From Narcine bancroftii (lineage: Eukaryota), in contig NC_091470.1 of assembly GCF_036971445.1 (NCBI RefSeq), forward strand, positions 106,702,001-106,766,000: a stretch of 64,000 nt of DNA, in the 5' to 3' direction. Numbering within the stretch: position 1 is the first letter of the stretch; each line of letters starts with the position of its first letter. Of the stretch, positions 26,350-38,760 are shown piece by piece. Both the position numbers and the translations under genes were made by a program. The notes under the pieces were generated by a model. That model had not been told where the DNA came from and searched no databases. It worked only from the letters and a program-made list of their open reading frames with translations.

Positions 26350-27340
26350 GGCGGCCAGGTTTAATAGGGCAGTCATGCAGAGTTTAAACTAAAGGGACAA
26401 GGGATGGGAACCAGCGTGCTTCGGCTGATTATTGGGGGAAAGAGCAGAAGAGAGAAGAAAGTATACAGCAAAGATGACAGGCAGTCGACGAGACAAAATA
26501 ATGTCCAGAGGGATTACACATACCAAGACATTCAAACACTGGTCTGTAAGCATTGTACTGAAATGTGCGAAGCATTCGAAACAAGTGGATGATCTTGATG
26601 TATAGATGCAGGCTGGAGGGTATGATGTTGTGGCCATTACCGATTCGTGGTGAGAGGGAGGATGCCATTGGGAAGTGAACGTCCAAGGATCCATGGAGCA
26701 TCGCAAGGAAAGGAAGATAGATGGAAAGGGTCCCATGTCTCTGCTGGTAAGCAACAATATTAAATAGTTGGAAAGAATGGACATAGTATCAGAAGAGGTT
26801 GATTCATTATGAATTGAGTGAAGGAATCATAAAGGATTAAATACACGAAATGGCAGTAATGTACAGGCCTTTAATCAGCATCCCGAATTTCCATTATAAA
26901 ATACAACTGGAAATAGAAGATGCATGTCAGAAGGACAGTGTTAAGATAATGATGGACAATTCTAACATGAAAGTAGATTGGAAAGATATGACTGTGCGAG
27001 ATATTAAGAGCAAGATTTCGTGAAAAGCCTATGTTATGGCTTTTAAAATAGCTTGTTAATGCGCCCACCAGGGGATAGGCTGTCCAAATTTGGAGCTGGG
27101 TAATGAACCAGAGGTGATTAGAGAGCTAAAAATAAAAGGATCTTTTTGAGGCACTGATCAAAATATGATTGGATTCACTTTGAAATGTGAGAACGTGAGG
27201 CTATATTGCGGTGTGTCGGTATTTCAGGGAATCAAGAGTAAAACGGAGAAAGCCAGGGAGTGGGACTGAGTGGGTGGGTGGATCAGTGCATGATTCGATG
27301 GGCGAATAGGCCAATTACTGCTCCTATATCTTGTCATCTT
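26350..27340 (+). mobile_element. CR1 fragment (APE endonuclease remnant plus 3' tail piece)
   Basis: NVRSIRNKVDDL...YDVVAITDSW motif at ~26560-26650. Confidence 0.75.
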
Positions 27341-27722
27341 GCGACTTTGTCATATTTCCTTCACAAAGAATACGGGAAATTGCAGGAACTGTCAGCGGTT
27401 CAGGATGTGTTTGTGAAGAGGAAAGGGAATTAATAACACAGTTCTACTTTCTCCCACCAAAAGCCGTATAAATCAAACTTCATGCAATTTAAAATTCGGG
27501 GAACAAGGACATGTGTGGCCAATAAATAAAGAGTGTTTTTAATTGGATGAAAAGCTACAGATCGAGAAGAATCAAACTTTTAATGAATTTTGAAGGTAGC
27601 GGGCGGGCACCACCCGGGAAAACATGCGTCAATTCCGGCTTCCTCTTAAACATTTGAATGTGAAATATTTGATCTCCCTTCAAACGCTTGAAGACCTCCT
27701 GTTTCCAGCAACCACAATCTTT

Positions 27723-30700
27723 TTTGCCAAATGAGCAATATTTATTAAAATAAGAATAACAGTTGTTTTTAATTAAATCCAGTCTGATATTCAGAAATGA
27801 TAGATGGAAAAGAATTATCCAATCTCGAAGCCAAAACCTTAGCCAAGAATTTTACAGCAAAATTTTTAACTAATTATTTAAAACTTTTAAAAATAATATG
27901 AAAACATTACGTGAAGAGAAATAGTATAAACAAATCAACAACAAACAACCCTCCCTCCACCTCTCCCCTATCCAGCCCCGCAAGGGGAGCCTAAAAAAAA
28001 CATACTTCAAATAGTTATAAATGTAAAAACAATACAAAATTTTAAGATATTTCTAAACCCATACATTCCAAAGACGGAGATCACATTTTAACAAATAAAG
28101 AATAATTACCATGTAAATTATGTCATTTATATCCATATAAATACAAGATCTCAATTCAGTATGCCAACGAACTATATTTATCTCTATAATTTTTCAAAGT
28201 AATCGCTACTCTTTTTCATACCACTGATAACGGTAAATGATCAAAAGCTATCTGAAACTTATCCAACCCCCAACCAGTCAAATATAAACATATAATGCAA
28301 AAAGAAACTCTGGGTAAAATGGTGGTTTAATTTTAAATAACTTAATGACACATAACTTCACAGTCTTCCTAGGGTATATCATACGTTAAATCAATTTGTC
28401 ATTTATTTCTAGATTTCTCCAAATTTGATTTATCTGCACTCTCTTGCATCAACATAAATAGTTCTGAAACAAAACACCTTCTTGTTATAGAAGAAATCAA
28501 AGACTCAAGTAATCTCATATCCCTTCCATATTTATCCCTTATCAAATCTATAAACTGATAATACACAAACAAAGAATTTACTGGAATTCCAAATGTTTCC
28601 CTCCATCAATTAAAAGAAAAGAACTGTTCCTCTTCACGACAATCCTGAATCACATTTATACCTTCAGGATGCTATGCTTTTAAATACCTGTTAAATATTT
28701 AAAACCAAATAAGCTGATTTTCATATAATTGAGTTTGAATTGATAAATTACTCTTCGTTCCTGTAACAGGATTTCTATTAATCTATATCCTTAATAATAA
28801 CTTTAATGCCGGCATATTTTAAACCTGCAAAAAACTCAAATTCCATTTATATTTAAACTGATGAACATCAGGTTCAAAAATAAAAGCTAATTCCACCTTA
28901 GGTCAACTTGGGGGATGCTTAGTATCCATCATTCTACTATAAACTTTAACCTTGCAGTTTCATAATAATTTTGAATATAAGGAAACCGAAGACCTCCTAA
29001 TACATACTTACACGTCAATGACTGTAAAGCTACTCATGCTAATTATCCCTTCCATAAAAGTTTCCTCACCACTATATTCAAAAATTGAAAAAAGCCCTTT
29101 GGAAGTAAACATGGAATAGACTTAAGTAAATACTGAATACGGGGAAAATATTTCCTTTAATACAATTTACTCGACCTATTCATGTTAATGGGAGATCCTT
29201 CCATTAACTCACATCCATTTTAAACTTTTTCAATAACATAGAAACATGGAAGATAGGAGCAGGAGTAGGTCATTCGACACTTCGAGCCTGCTCTGCCATT
29301 CAACGAGATCATGGCTGATCTTAAAGTTCAGTACCCCGTCCCCGCCTTCTCTCCGTAACCTTTAATACCCTTATACTGAAGAAATAGATCTAATTCCCTC
29401 TTAAATATATTTAATGAACCTGCCTCTACTGCCCTCTGTGGCAATGAATTCCACAGAAAGTAGAACTGCGTTATTAATTCCCTTTACTCTTCACAAACAC
29501 ACCCTGAACTATGAGATCCCCTCTCAATCTTCTAAACTCCAGCGAGTACAATCCAAATTTGTTCCATCTTTCCTCATAAGTCATTCCTGCCATTCCAGGT
29601 ATCCGCCTGGTGAATCACCTCTGCACTCTCTCCATTGCAAGAACATCCTTCCTTAAATAAGGTGTCCAAAACTGCACACAATACTCCAGGTGTGGTCTCA
29701 CCAAGGCCCTGTACAGCTGCAGTAAGGTATCCTTGTTCCTATACTCAAACCCACTTGATATGAAGGCCAACATACCATTTGCCTTTTGGATCGCCTGCTG
29801 TACCTGCACACTCACCTTCAGAGACTGGTGTACAAGTACCCTGGGTCTCTCTGCACTTCCCTATCTCTTAATCTATTGCCATTCAAATAGTAATCTGCCC
29901 TCCGGTTTGTATTACCAAAGTGGATAACCTCACATTTATCCACATTGTAGTGCATTTGCCATGTATCTGCCCAGTCCCTCAATTTATCCAAATCACACTG
30001 GAGCTTCCTGACCCCCTCTTCCATGCACACAACCCCTCCTAGCTTAGTGCTGTCTGCAAATTTGGAGATATTACATCCAATCCCCTCATCCAGATCATTA
30101 ATGTTAATTGTGATCAGCTGGGGTCCTAGTACAGATCCCTGTGGCACCCCACTGGTCACCACCTGCCACTCAGAAAATGAGCCATTTATCCCAACTCTCT
30201 GTCTTCTACCTGCCAGCCAGTTCTCAATCCACATCAATACTTTTCCCCCAATCCCATGAGCCTTGATTTTTGAAGCCACTCGTTTATGTGGGACTTTATC
30301 GAAGGCCTTTTGGAAGTCCAGGTACACCACATCCACTGGCTCTCCCCCATCTATTTTACATGTCACCATCTCAAAGAATTCCAATAGATTTGTGAAGCAT
30401 GATTTACCTTTTGTAAATCCATGTTGACTCTGTCCGATCCCTTCTCTGCTAGTCATATGCTCCACTATTACATCCTTAATGATGGATTCCATCATTTTTC
30501 CCACTACTGATGTAAGGCTCACCAGCTGATAATTCCGCACTTTTCCTCTACCCCCCTTTTTAGATAGTGCGGTAACATTAGCTACCCTCCAATCCATGGG
30601 TACTGATCCTGAGTCTATCGAGTTCTGGAAAATAATTCTTAAAGCATCTTCTATCTGAATAGCCACTTTCTTAAATACCCTAGGATGTAGATTATCAGGC

Positions 30701-32665
30701 CCTTGGGATTTATCTGCCTCTTTCAATCCCATCAATTTCCCAAAGACCATGTCCTTAGAGATACTGATTTCTTTCAGTTCCTCCCTTGCATTAGTCTCTA
30801 TGTTTCCCAACATCCTTGGGAGGTTATTTGTATCCTCTCTTGTAAAAACAGAACTAAAGTAAGAATTTAATTGGTCTGCCATTTCCTTATTCCCCATTAT
30901 ATATTCCCCTGATTCCGACTGCAAAGAACCTACTCTGGATTTCACCAATCTTTTCCTCATGACATATTTATAAAAGCTTTTGCAGTCGGTTTTTATATTT
31001 GCACGGGACATAATTTAATTTACATAAAGATTTATAATCTGCTTTCACAATTCCTCGTAATTTTTAAATTTTATCAGACCATCTTAATTTTATAATGTGT
31101 TTTCACGCTTCATAAATTCCTTTCCAAACATGGCAATATTTCACTCTTATCCAAGTTTACCTTGTACGCAGATAGCACACCAAATTGAATTAAACATTCA
31201 TGTAAATACTTCAAACATCAATGTGGATAATGATCAATTTATGTCTGAGGTTTTTCTACCATTAGATCAGGCTGATGAAAATATTTTGTTTGCAGAGGAT
31301 TTTAATTGTGTTTTTGATTACTGGATAAATCTCCAAAAAGTATAAGGAAACCAAAGATGGTGGTACAATTGGGATCTTTAATGAAGGATTTGAATATAGT
31401 TGAAATTTGGAGGAGGATAAATCAGACAGGAAAAAAAAAGTTCCTTTTAATTTATCCAGGCACGATTTATTTTCTAGAATAGATTTCTTTTTGATTTTGA
31501 CAGATCTTCAAGCTGGAGTTGTGCAGGCTGAATATAAGAGTAGGATTATATCTGATCACTCAATGTTGTTTACTTCTTGTGGTGGATCAGAGGTTATGTA
31601 ATCAACTTATCGGTGGAGATTTAATGTAATGTTATGGAAGAAGCAGGTGTTTATTACTTTTGTTAAGGTACAAATTGTTTTTGACTGAAAATACTAATTC
31701 AGTACGTAGGAGTTTTATTTTATGGGATGCTTTGAAGCATTTTTACGAGGTCAAATTATTAGTTATTCTACAAAAGTTTTAAAAAGTAGTATTTGGTGGA
31801 AAGTTTGGCTTTGTGTAACTGAATAACTGATTTGGAAAAAGAATTTCAGAAGAAGGTGAGAGAACATAAGAAGTCAGCATTACCTAAGTTGAAATTATAT
31901 GATAATACTTTACAAACGTATCAGTATGAGCATCTAATTCAAAGATCTAAGCAATGTTATTATGTTAGATGAAAGGGCTCATAAGGTATTAGCCTAACAA
32001 TTAAAAACGGACCATTTGTCGAGAACTATTAATCCTGTTGAAAAGAATACAATGATTACTTATAAACCTCAGGAAATTAATGACCAATTTTATTCATTTT
32101 ACCAGAAATTATAGACTTCTGAGGGAACTCAGGATGATGGTTCTATTGAATCCTCTTTATCTCAGTTGAATTTACTATATTAGGAGAGGAAGAAGCGAAG
32201 GAACTTGAATCTGCGTTTACAGATTTTGAGATTAAAGAAGCTGTAAGGAGATGCCTAATGGAAAGTCGACAGGAGATGATGAACTTTCAGTAGAATTTTT
32301 TAAGGTGTTTTATGAAGATTTGTGTTCCATATTTATGGATGTGCTTCAGCAAATAACAAATGAACAGTCATTACCAGAATCGTATTCGAGTGCGATCATT
32401 ACAGTTATTCCAAAGAAAGAGAGAGATCCATTGAATTCAGCTTCGTGTCGACCAATTTCTTTATTAAATGTGGACTATAAAATAATAAATAAGGTATTGG
32501 CATTTGATCGGGTTGAGTGGAATTTTTTTATTGAAGGCCTTGGAGAAATTTAACTTCGGCTGTCTTTTTACTGGTTGGGTTAAAGCATTATATAAAAATA
32601 CAAATGAGAGGGTGGTGGCGAATGGTCAAACTTCTTTGACATTTAAATTAACTCGATCAACGCGT
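27723..32665 (-). mobile_element. L1/Tx1-type LINE insertion with 5' inversion, 17-bp TSD and nested CR1
   Basis: TSD cagcaa(c/a)cacaatcttt at 27706-27722 and 32666-32682. Minus strand ~31218 to 27723 is RT C-terminus (YKVNLDKSEILP, GRVNCIK, GGL.FP), AATAAA and a short A-tail. Plus strand ~31219-32665 is EN and RT N-terminus (DFNCV, SRIDFF, ISDHS, RPISLLNVDYKI, TRQ). Confidence 0.92.
29237..31004 (-). mobile_element. 5'-truncated CR1 LINE (RT region, 397-aa open stretch), nested in the L1
   Basis: QHGF.KGKSC.TNL, YLDFQKAFDKVPH, GVPQGSVLGP, FADSTK (catalytic D lost), LVRPHLEYCVQFW; ...tttctatg 3' tail. Confidence 0.95.
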
Positions 32666-32772
32666 CAGCAAACACAATCTTTGATTTCAATATTATTTCT
32701 TACAGTTGGTGCACTATAGAGATGTGAGCGCTATTCTCAGTTGAAGAGTGGTGGTCACATACAAATACGCAC

Positions 32773-32880
32773 CTGAACCATGCAGATGACTGAAATTCTT
32801 TTCGGTCAGCGTGTTGTCAATGTCTTCATAAATTGTTTCGTAAAAGGCAATGGCTGATCCTCTGCCACGCATTAATGCAG
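32773..32880 (-). CDS. Cytoplasmic exon 1 (AALMRGRGSAIAFYETIYEDIDNTLTEKNFSHLHGS)
   Basis: ctctccctcacttgaacag/gtgcgt; 108 nt, phase 1-1; YxxI motifs reminiscent of WC1/SCART tails. Confidence 0.9.
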
Positions 32881-33009
32881 CTGTTCAAGTGAGGGAGAGG
32901 TTTATTCACTGTAATGTTGACAAATATTTGAGGAACGCGCCACAAACAGCAGTTGAAATTACTCATGAACTTTTGGCTATGAAAATGCAGAGTGAAAAAT
33001 AAAACTCAC

Positions 33010-33120
33010 CCCGTCTCCCCGACCTTCTCTGTACTATTGTCATCAGCGCGATTAGCTCAGCGAAGAGGAGGACCCCAAGGGTGATGCATACGGCAACTAT
33101 GATTGAGGGTGTCTTGTCAC
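33010..33120 (-). CDS. Transmembrane exon (GDKTPSIIVAVCITLGVLLFAELIALMTIVQRRSGRR)
   Basis: ~24-residue hydrophobic run followed by a basic stop-transfer cluster; 111 nt, tag/gtgagt. Confidence 0.92.
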
Positions 33121-34603
33121 CTAGCCAGAATATCGACATGAAATATAGATGTACAGCTCCATTTGCAATTGACGCTGTTTTTACACATTTGTACTGAATG
33201 ATTTTGATGGTAAGGCACTAATTGTGTACAATTCCATGTCTCCAACAAATAAAAATGCTGGAAAAACTCAGCAGGTGACGTAGGATCCAAAAGAAGTAAT
33301 AGGTAACGAATGTTTCAGGCCTGGGCCCAAGTATGTCCGGGTGAGTTATTCAGCACGTCCCTCCACTACACTCCACCCAGGCATTCGCAGAATTCCTTTC
33401 AATACACCTTCCAAATACCATTGGTCCGCATTTCCCCAGATCTATGACTGAGCAGATATCAACTCTGAGGTTGTTTTCGAGACAGGCATCATTGTGGATA
33501 AACATACCTTGGAATGGGCATAGCACATTGTACAGGACGCATGATGACTTGTGCCACAAGGATAAACATGTCTTAATTAATTTGTTCCTGAATGCTACTG
33601 AAATCCCTATATTTGGGACTTGAACATGTCACGTAACTTTTGAAATATCCACAACTCCAGCCAGAGCCATAGTCAACCGCCTGCCTAAGTAATTTTTAAT
33701 CATCTATGGAGCAACTGAATTGGATTATATTCACGTAAAACTGTGCCTGGAATTTGTTTTAAAGGAAGTCACTGAGGCATCAACATCATCCTGGGGTATT
33801 CAACAATCTGCATGGAACGGTGGACGATGAGACAAGCGATCCGCCCTGCAGTGCTATGCAGTGTAGCGAAACATTGCGTAGATCCCAGTTCCACATTCTA
33901 CAAGAATATCACCCAGTGTGTGTCCAACACCTGCAATTATGCCGTTAAGTGCACTTCAGACAACACGCATACGCCACCCTTGCCACGAATATCCTATCAG
34001 TGAATTCATTCTTGCGTCCCATCATTAGTCAATAATTTCTCATCGATTTTAAAGGTTTAACAAGGCATTATACCTGCTCATGATGGCTTGGTGAATTGAA
34101 TTATCCAAATAAAAAGACCATTTTCTGAATTGATTGATATGAACTCGTCCGAATTGATTCGGATCGAAAAAGTCTGTTTTTTTCCCTCATCGGAAAGCCC
34201 CAACCAAACCACCACACAGTTTCTGCTCTTTCAAAGACACTCGCCATTCATTAAGGGTGATGTTCAAACGTTACTCGGGAGTCTTGAAGAAAGTCTCTCC
34301 CGCTACGGTTCCCGGCGATTACCTCCTCATCCAGAGAGATATGTGGCCGCAGTTGGGAGATTCTGGCTTCAGCAATTGTACTATGTTCTGGTTTAAGTGG
34401 CGAGCAAAGAAAACTAAAAGTACCCTTCAAATTCCAGTGCCCTTTTCTTATTTAATATTGAATATCAATGGTCCTTATTACTCTGTTCTTATCAATGTTC
34501 ATATCAACCAACAACTAAGTAGTGATGATCAGATTATTATTTAAAAATACCAAATATTAGTTTTGCTTCAAGGTATAAATATATTTTATAACACTGTAAA
34601 TAC

Positions 34604-34639
34604 CTGAATCGGTGGAGCCTGTCTCCGACAAAAATGGAT
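34604..34639 (-). CDS. Stalk exon (DPFLSETGSTDS)
   Basis: catccacag/gtattt; 36 nt, phase 1-1, Ser/Thr-rich. Confidence 0.75.
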
Positions 34640-34756
34640 CTGTGGATGATATTGAATCGCACATTCAGAGACTTCATTCAGTGAGGATTGAGAAAACGAA
34701 ATTACGACATGAAGGGATGGATTGAAGAGAAGGTGGAAATGTGCCAAAACACGTAC

Positions 34757-35068
34757 CAGAGCAAAAGACAATGACGTCTTCCTTATGGTCACAGTCGTGT
34801 TGGCCGAGTTGTGAGGAGGGGCAGCTGGAGAGAAGGGATTCACTTCCTGTGCATTTCACTTCATCCAACAAGATGTCACCGTGGCCGTTGTCAATGGTCG
34901 CCGCTCCTGGGGTCCAACGAGCAGGGCCACAGCGCAACTGTCTGCAGACTACATCTGCATCGGCTAGATCCCAGGAGTCGTCACACACAGTGCCCGAACG
35001 ATCATTCCACAGTATCTCCAACCTCCCGGAGCAACTGTTGCTACCGCCAACCAGCCGTAAGGACAGTT
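34757..35068 (-). CDS. SRCR domain 7 exon (ELSLRLVGGSNSCSGRLEI...DVIVFCS)
   Basis: 8 Cys; 312 nt, ctctcag/gtacgt. Confidence 0.95.
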
Positions 35069-35157
35069 CTGAGAGGAACAGAAAATAAATTATTAAATTA
35101 ATTTAAACTGAGAAATAGGCGAATACATTTCACACAACTTTACATGCACTGAATCAC

Positions 35158-35226
35158 CTGCAATTTCCGATTCTGATTCTTGAAGGCAGACCTTTCCCCT
35201 GTCGGATCCCTCCGGCACTTGGGCTT
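35158..35226 (-). CDS. Interdomain linker exon (EAQVPEGSDRGKVCLQESESEIA)
   Basis: Pyrimidine-rich acceptor cttcctcttgtcaacag and donor gtgatt; 69 nt, open, phase 1-1 between SRCR6 and SRCR7. Confidence 0.75.
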
Positions 35227-35311
35227 CTGTTGACAAGAGGAAGATGGTGACAGATTTATAAATCTCTTCTGTTTAAAATGTCAGCCGCGTTTCATTCCAC
35301 CCTAATGTTAC

Positions 35312-35629
35312 CTTCACAAACAACGGCTGCATCCTCCTTGTGCTGACAGTCGTGTTCTCCCCAAGGGGCTGATTTACATTGCCAGAGGGTCGACTCGTGC
35401 GATGTACAGTCCAGCTCATCGAGCCATATTTGCCCAGAGCCTTCTCCATATTTCACCGCATCAATTTCAAATGATTTTCCGGGTCCACATTTTAGTTGTT
35501 TACAGATCACATCTACAGCCTTCCAGTTCATTCCGTCGGAGCACACTGTTCCCCAGGTCCCATTGTAGAGCACTTCCACTCTTCCTTCACATCGATGCCC
35601 TCCGTTCTTCAGGCGCATTTCTTTGTGCT
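35312..35629 (-). CDS. SRCR domain 6 exon (EHKEMRLKNGGHRCEGRVEVLYNGTW...AAVVCE)
   Basis: 8 Cys; 318 nt, gacag/gtaaca. Confidence 0.96.
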
Positions 35630-37199
35630 CTGTCAACGGAAGTGGTTATGGATATTTCATACCGCCACCAGAAAAAAAATCTGTTTTGACTTATAGATAA
35701 ACAAGAAATACAAACGGAAAATCTTGAAAACACCACAGAAAAAGGCTGATCGGGCGGAGCATTAAAATACTATAAAAGCAGGAGCGCAATCGGCTAAAAG
35801 AGGAAGGTTTGGGTTTAAATGTCTGGAATGTGCATGATTGCTCTGTCTTTGAACTCAATGCGGTGGTGAGAACCGCTCCAGTGAGGTATCCTTTCAAGGA
35901 TTCGCTGTTCTGAAAGATGGTTCCACTGTGCAGCATTTCCAAGGGGTTGTCTCCTTCATGAATCGCTCCACTTCGTCTGTCCGCAGGTTGGGGTACAATG
36001 AGGAAGATGTGACACCATTGCTTTCGAACATTCTCCGACGACTCAAAAAATCCCTGCAGCCGAAATGAGGACGGAACCTCTTCCAATTATTAAATTGCAT
36101 TCTATGTCATAAAATTTTCCGCTCTGTCATGCGTTTGCGGAGCATTGTCCTTCTGTCCGCAAGAATGGACCTGAGCCTATCTTCCGCTTCAAATAACTCT
36201 CCCACTTCAACTCCAATTTTTCCATTGGTGAGGCCCTGTGCTGGTGCATGGAAATATAAACTCAACCTTGCAGAACAACACCATATCTTCTGTCTGGACT
36301 CGTACAAGTTTCAGTTTTCCATAACATTCGCACTTTTGTAAAGTAAATTAAATTTTATTCCAGTTCTAATTGATCACATCTATCTTTTATCGTATCCATT
36401 CAGTTGTTTTCTCCATTAATGTAACCTCTCGGGATCTCCCGCAGCAATATATCACACAAACTCAAACGCAACCGTCACGTTAATGTCCAGCATATTCGAA
36501 ATATTCATTTCATTCTTCCAAACCCACTCCCGACTTTTCTCTATCTCATACAACATGGTTTGTACTCCTTTCCCGAAGTGGCTCGGTCGAGAAACGTGAA
36601 ATCAGCCTCTTTCCAAAATGTATTGCTCTGTTTGTTAATTAATTGGCAGCAATCCTGAATGCACTCCGCAAAATTTAACTCGGGAAAAGCAAGGGGTACA
36701 TCAGCATTGAAAAAATGAACGGTCGTGCTCCTCCCCCTGACCTTTCTAACCTTCACCCCAAAACCTTTCTTCATGTGGCAGCCAGCTTTTTGATCATACA
36801 TTGAAATTAGCTCATGCTCGAAACATTGGTTATACCTATTTTCTTCCTATGGGCGCTGCGAGACCTGCTGAGTCAACCAAGTTATTAGTACTTCGACAGA
36901 ATTTGATGGCAATCAGACTTTCGTATTTCAATGCATTTCTTTCATAAATAGTGTTAAATGGCGATCAGAATCTATAGTGACTGAGCTGAGATGAAGGTCT
37001 GTCTTTGTTAGAGTTCGTAGAATTTGGACTGGACTTAATGATAATCAGAACACTGAGAAAATATCGCTGAATAGTGGACCCAAGGAATGGAAATGTAAGA
37101 GTTAGACATGGTTTGTGTAAGGACGGAAAAGGAATTAAACACCACATAACTATGATAATTGTTATGCGGCAGAAAAGGACACATTTAATGCGCCCTCAC

Positions 37200-37514
37200 C
37201 AGAACATGTTATTGTCACATCCTCTTTATGCGTGCAGTCGTGTTCTCCCCACCTCGCCCTCAGGCATTCCCAGAGATACGATTCGTTCCCCAAACATCTC
37301 ACTTCATCCAACCAAACTGGCCCAGAGCTTCGTCCGCAGTAACGGGGACGGTTCTTCTCCAAAGCAGTTCCGCAACCAAGATGCCTGCAGACCACGTTAG
37401 AGTCAACCGCATCCCAGGAGTCATCGCAGACTGTGCCCCAAGTACCATTGTAATAAATCTCCAGTCGTCCTGCGCATAAATCTCCCCCGTCAGACAGTCG
37501 TACTTGCAAGTGGC
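37200..37514 (-). CDS. SRCR domain 5 exon (GHLQVRLSDGGDLCAGRLEI...DVTITCS), 9 Cys
   Basis: Canonical WGTVCDDSWD...VVCR.LGCG...WLDEV.C; 315 nt, ccacag/gtgagg. Confidence 0.96.
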
Positions 37515-37639
37515 CTGTGGAACAACAAATCAGAAAGGCATTCGCTTCATTACGTCTTGATCACATCACAGAGATAAACTGGACATTGCCGAATGCTGTG
37601 GTGTAGTGCAGTACACATCAATGCAGGATATACACAGCA

Positions 37640-38230
37640 GATCATAACGAATGAATTTAGAAGGGAGGTTATGCTGCAATTGTACAAGGTACTGGTAAGG
37701 CCATATCTGGAACATTGCGAACAATTCTGATCTCATTACTTAAGGGTGGATGTAATGGCACTGGGTGAGGTGCAAATGAGATTCACTAGGTTGATGCTCG
37801 AGATGAGGAGTTAGCCTTTGTGCAGAAATGGAGTCATCTGGGACAGATTTCGCTGGAATTTAGATGAATGACAGGGGATCGTAAAGAAACGTATAACAAT
37901 TATGAAAGGAATGTTTAACATCGATGTATGTTCGTTTTAGTTCCGTTGGTTGGGCAGAGTAGTAGAATTGGGGACGCAGCAACAACATTCAGGACAGAGA
38001 TGATGAGCAACCTCTTTTCCCCGACAATGCTGATTCTTTGGAAGTCCCTGGCATTGAAATAGTGGAGGATGTCGCAGTAAATATATTTAAAACAAGGCTG
38101 CATATATTTTACATAATAGGTGAATTAAGAGATATGGTGGAAATGAGTCTATCAGCAGATAAGCCATGACCTTATTCAAATGCAAAGCAACCGCAACGGC
38201 CGTGGTGGGCTAATCCTCTTCCTATTCATG
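37640..38230 (+). mobile_element. CR1 3' fragment
   Basis: REVMLQLYKVLVRPYLEHCEQF motif. Confidence 0.8.
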
Positions 38231-38289
38231 TTTTCATTCCGTATTCATGGAATGTAAAAGACACTCCATCCTGCAGGATTGACGAAATT

Positions 38290-38760
38290 CTAGCAGAGGC
38301 GAATGTAACAGGGTTGGGTGAGAGATATACACAGGTGCGCGGGAGAGAATGCAGTCGGAAGTTGTTTGGGAATGTGGGCAAAAATGTGTTCTCTAATGGA
38401 AGGAAGAAAATGGGCTGGATATCTGGAGAAGGGGGTCAGAGCGATAAGGGAAACAAGGAGACGGGCAACAGGAGTTCCCAATAAGTAGAATGTCTATATT
38501 TATTCCCTGTCGTCGGAGTCTGTCGAGACGTAATGTAAGGCGCTGTTCCTCCAATTTCCTCGTGGCTTGAACCTGGCAGCACACGTGACCGTAGTAAACA
38601 CGTAAGAATTTCAATCGGGTGTGGAATTGAAATGACACGGGACAGTGCAAGGTCTCAAGAAATGATCTCCCGGTCTTGGTCCGCTCTCCAGGATGCAGAG
38701 TGGGCCGAATAGGCAGCAACAAATGCAATACATGCCCCTTGTACATACACAGGTAAAGTG
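38290..38760 (-). mobile_element. Penelope-like element, GIY-YIG endonuclease C-terminal remnant
   Basis: CQVQATRKLEEQRL.LRL....GINID matches the fish Penelope C-terminus (RKLEEQHLIFRLG.LQP.G.N). Confidence 0.75.

Noticed and set aside
29818-31011. 397-aa reverse transcriptase ORF as an active or domesticated gene, or a retron-like system
   Set aside because: Ordinary 5'-truncated CR1: no endonuclease, catalytic FADD changed to FADS, frameshift before the C-terminus.
35880-36800. Several 60-130 aa ORFs between SRCR5 and SRCR6
   Set aside because: No SRCR motif or splice pairs; look like heavily decayed LINE RT remnants.
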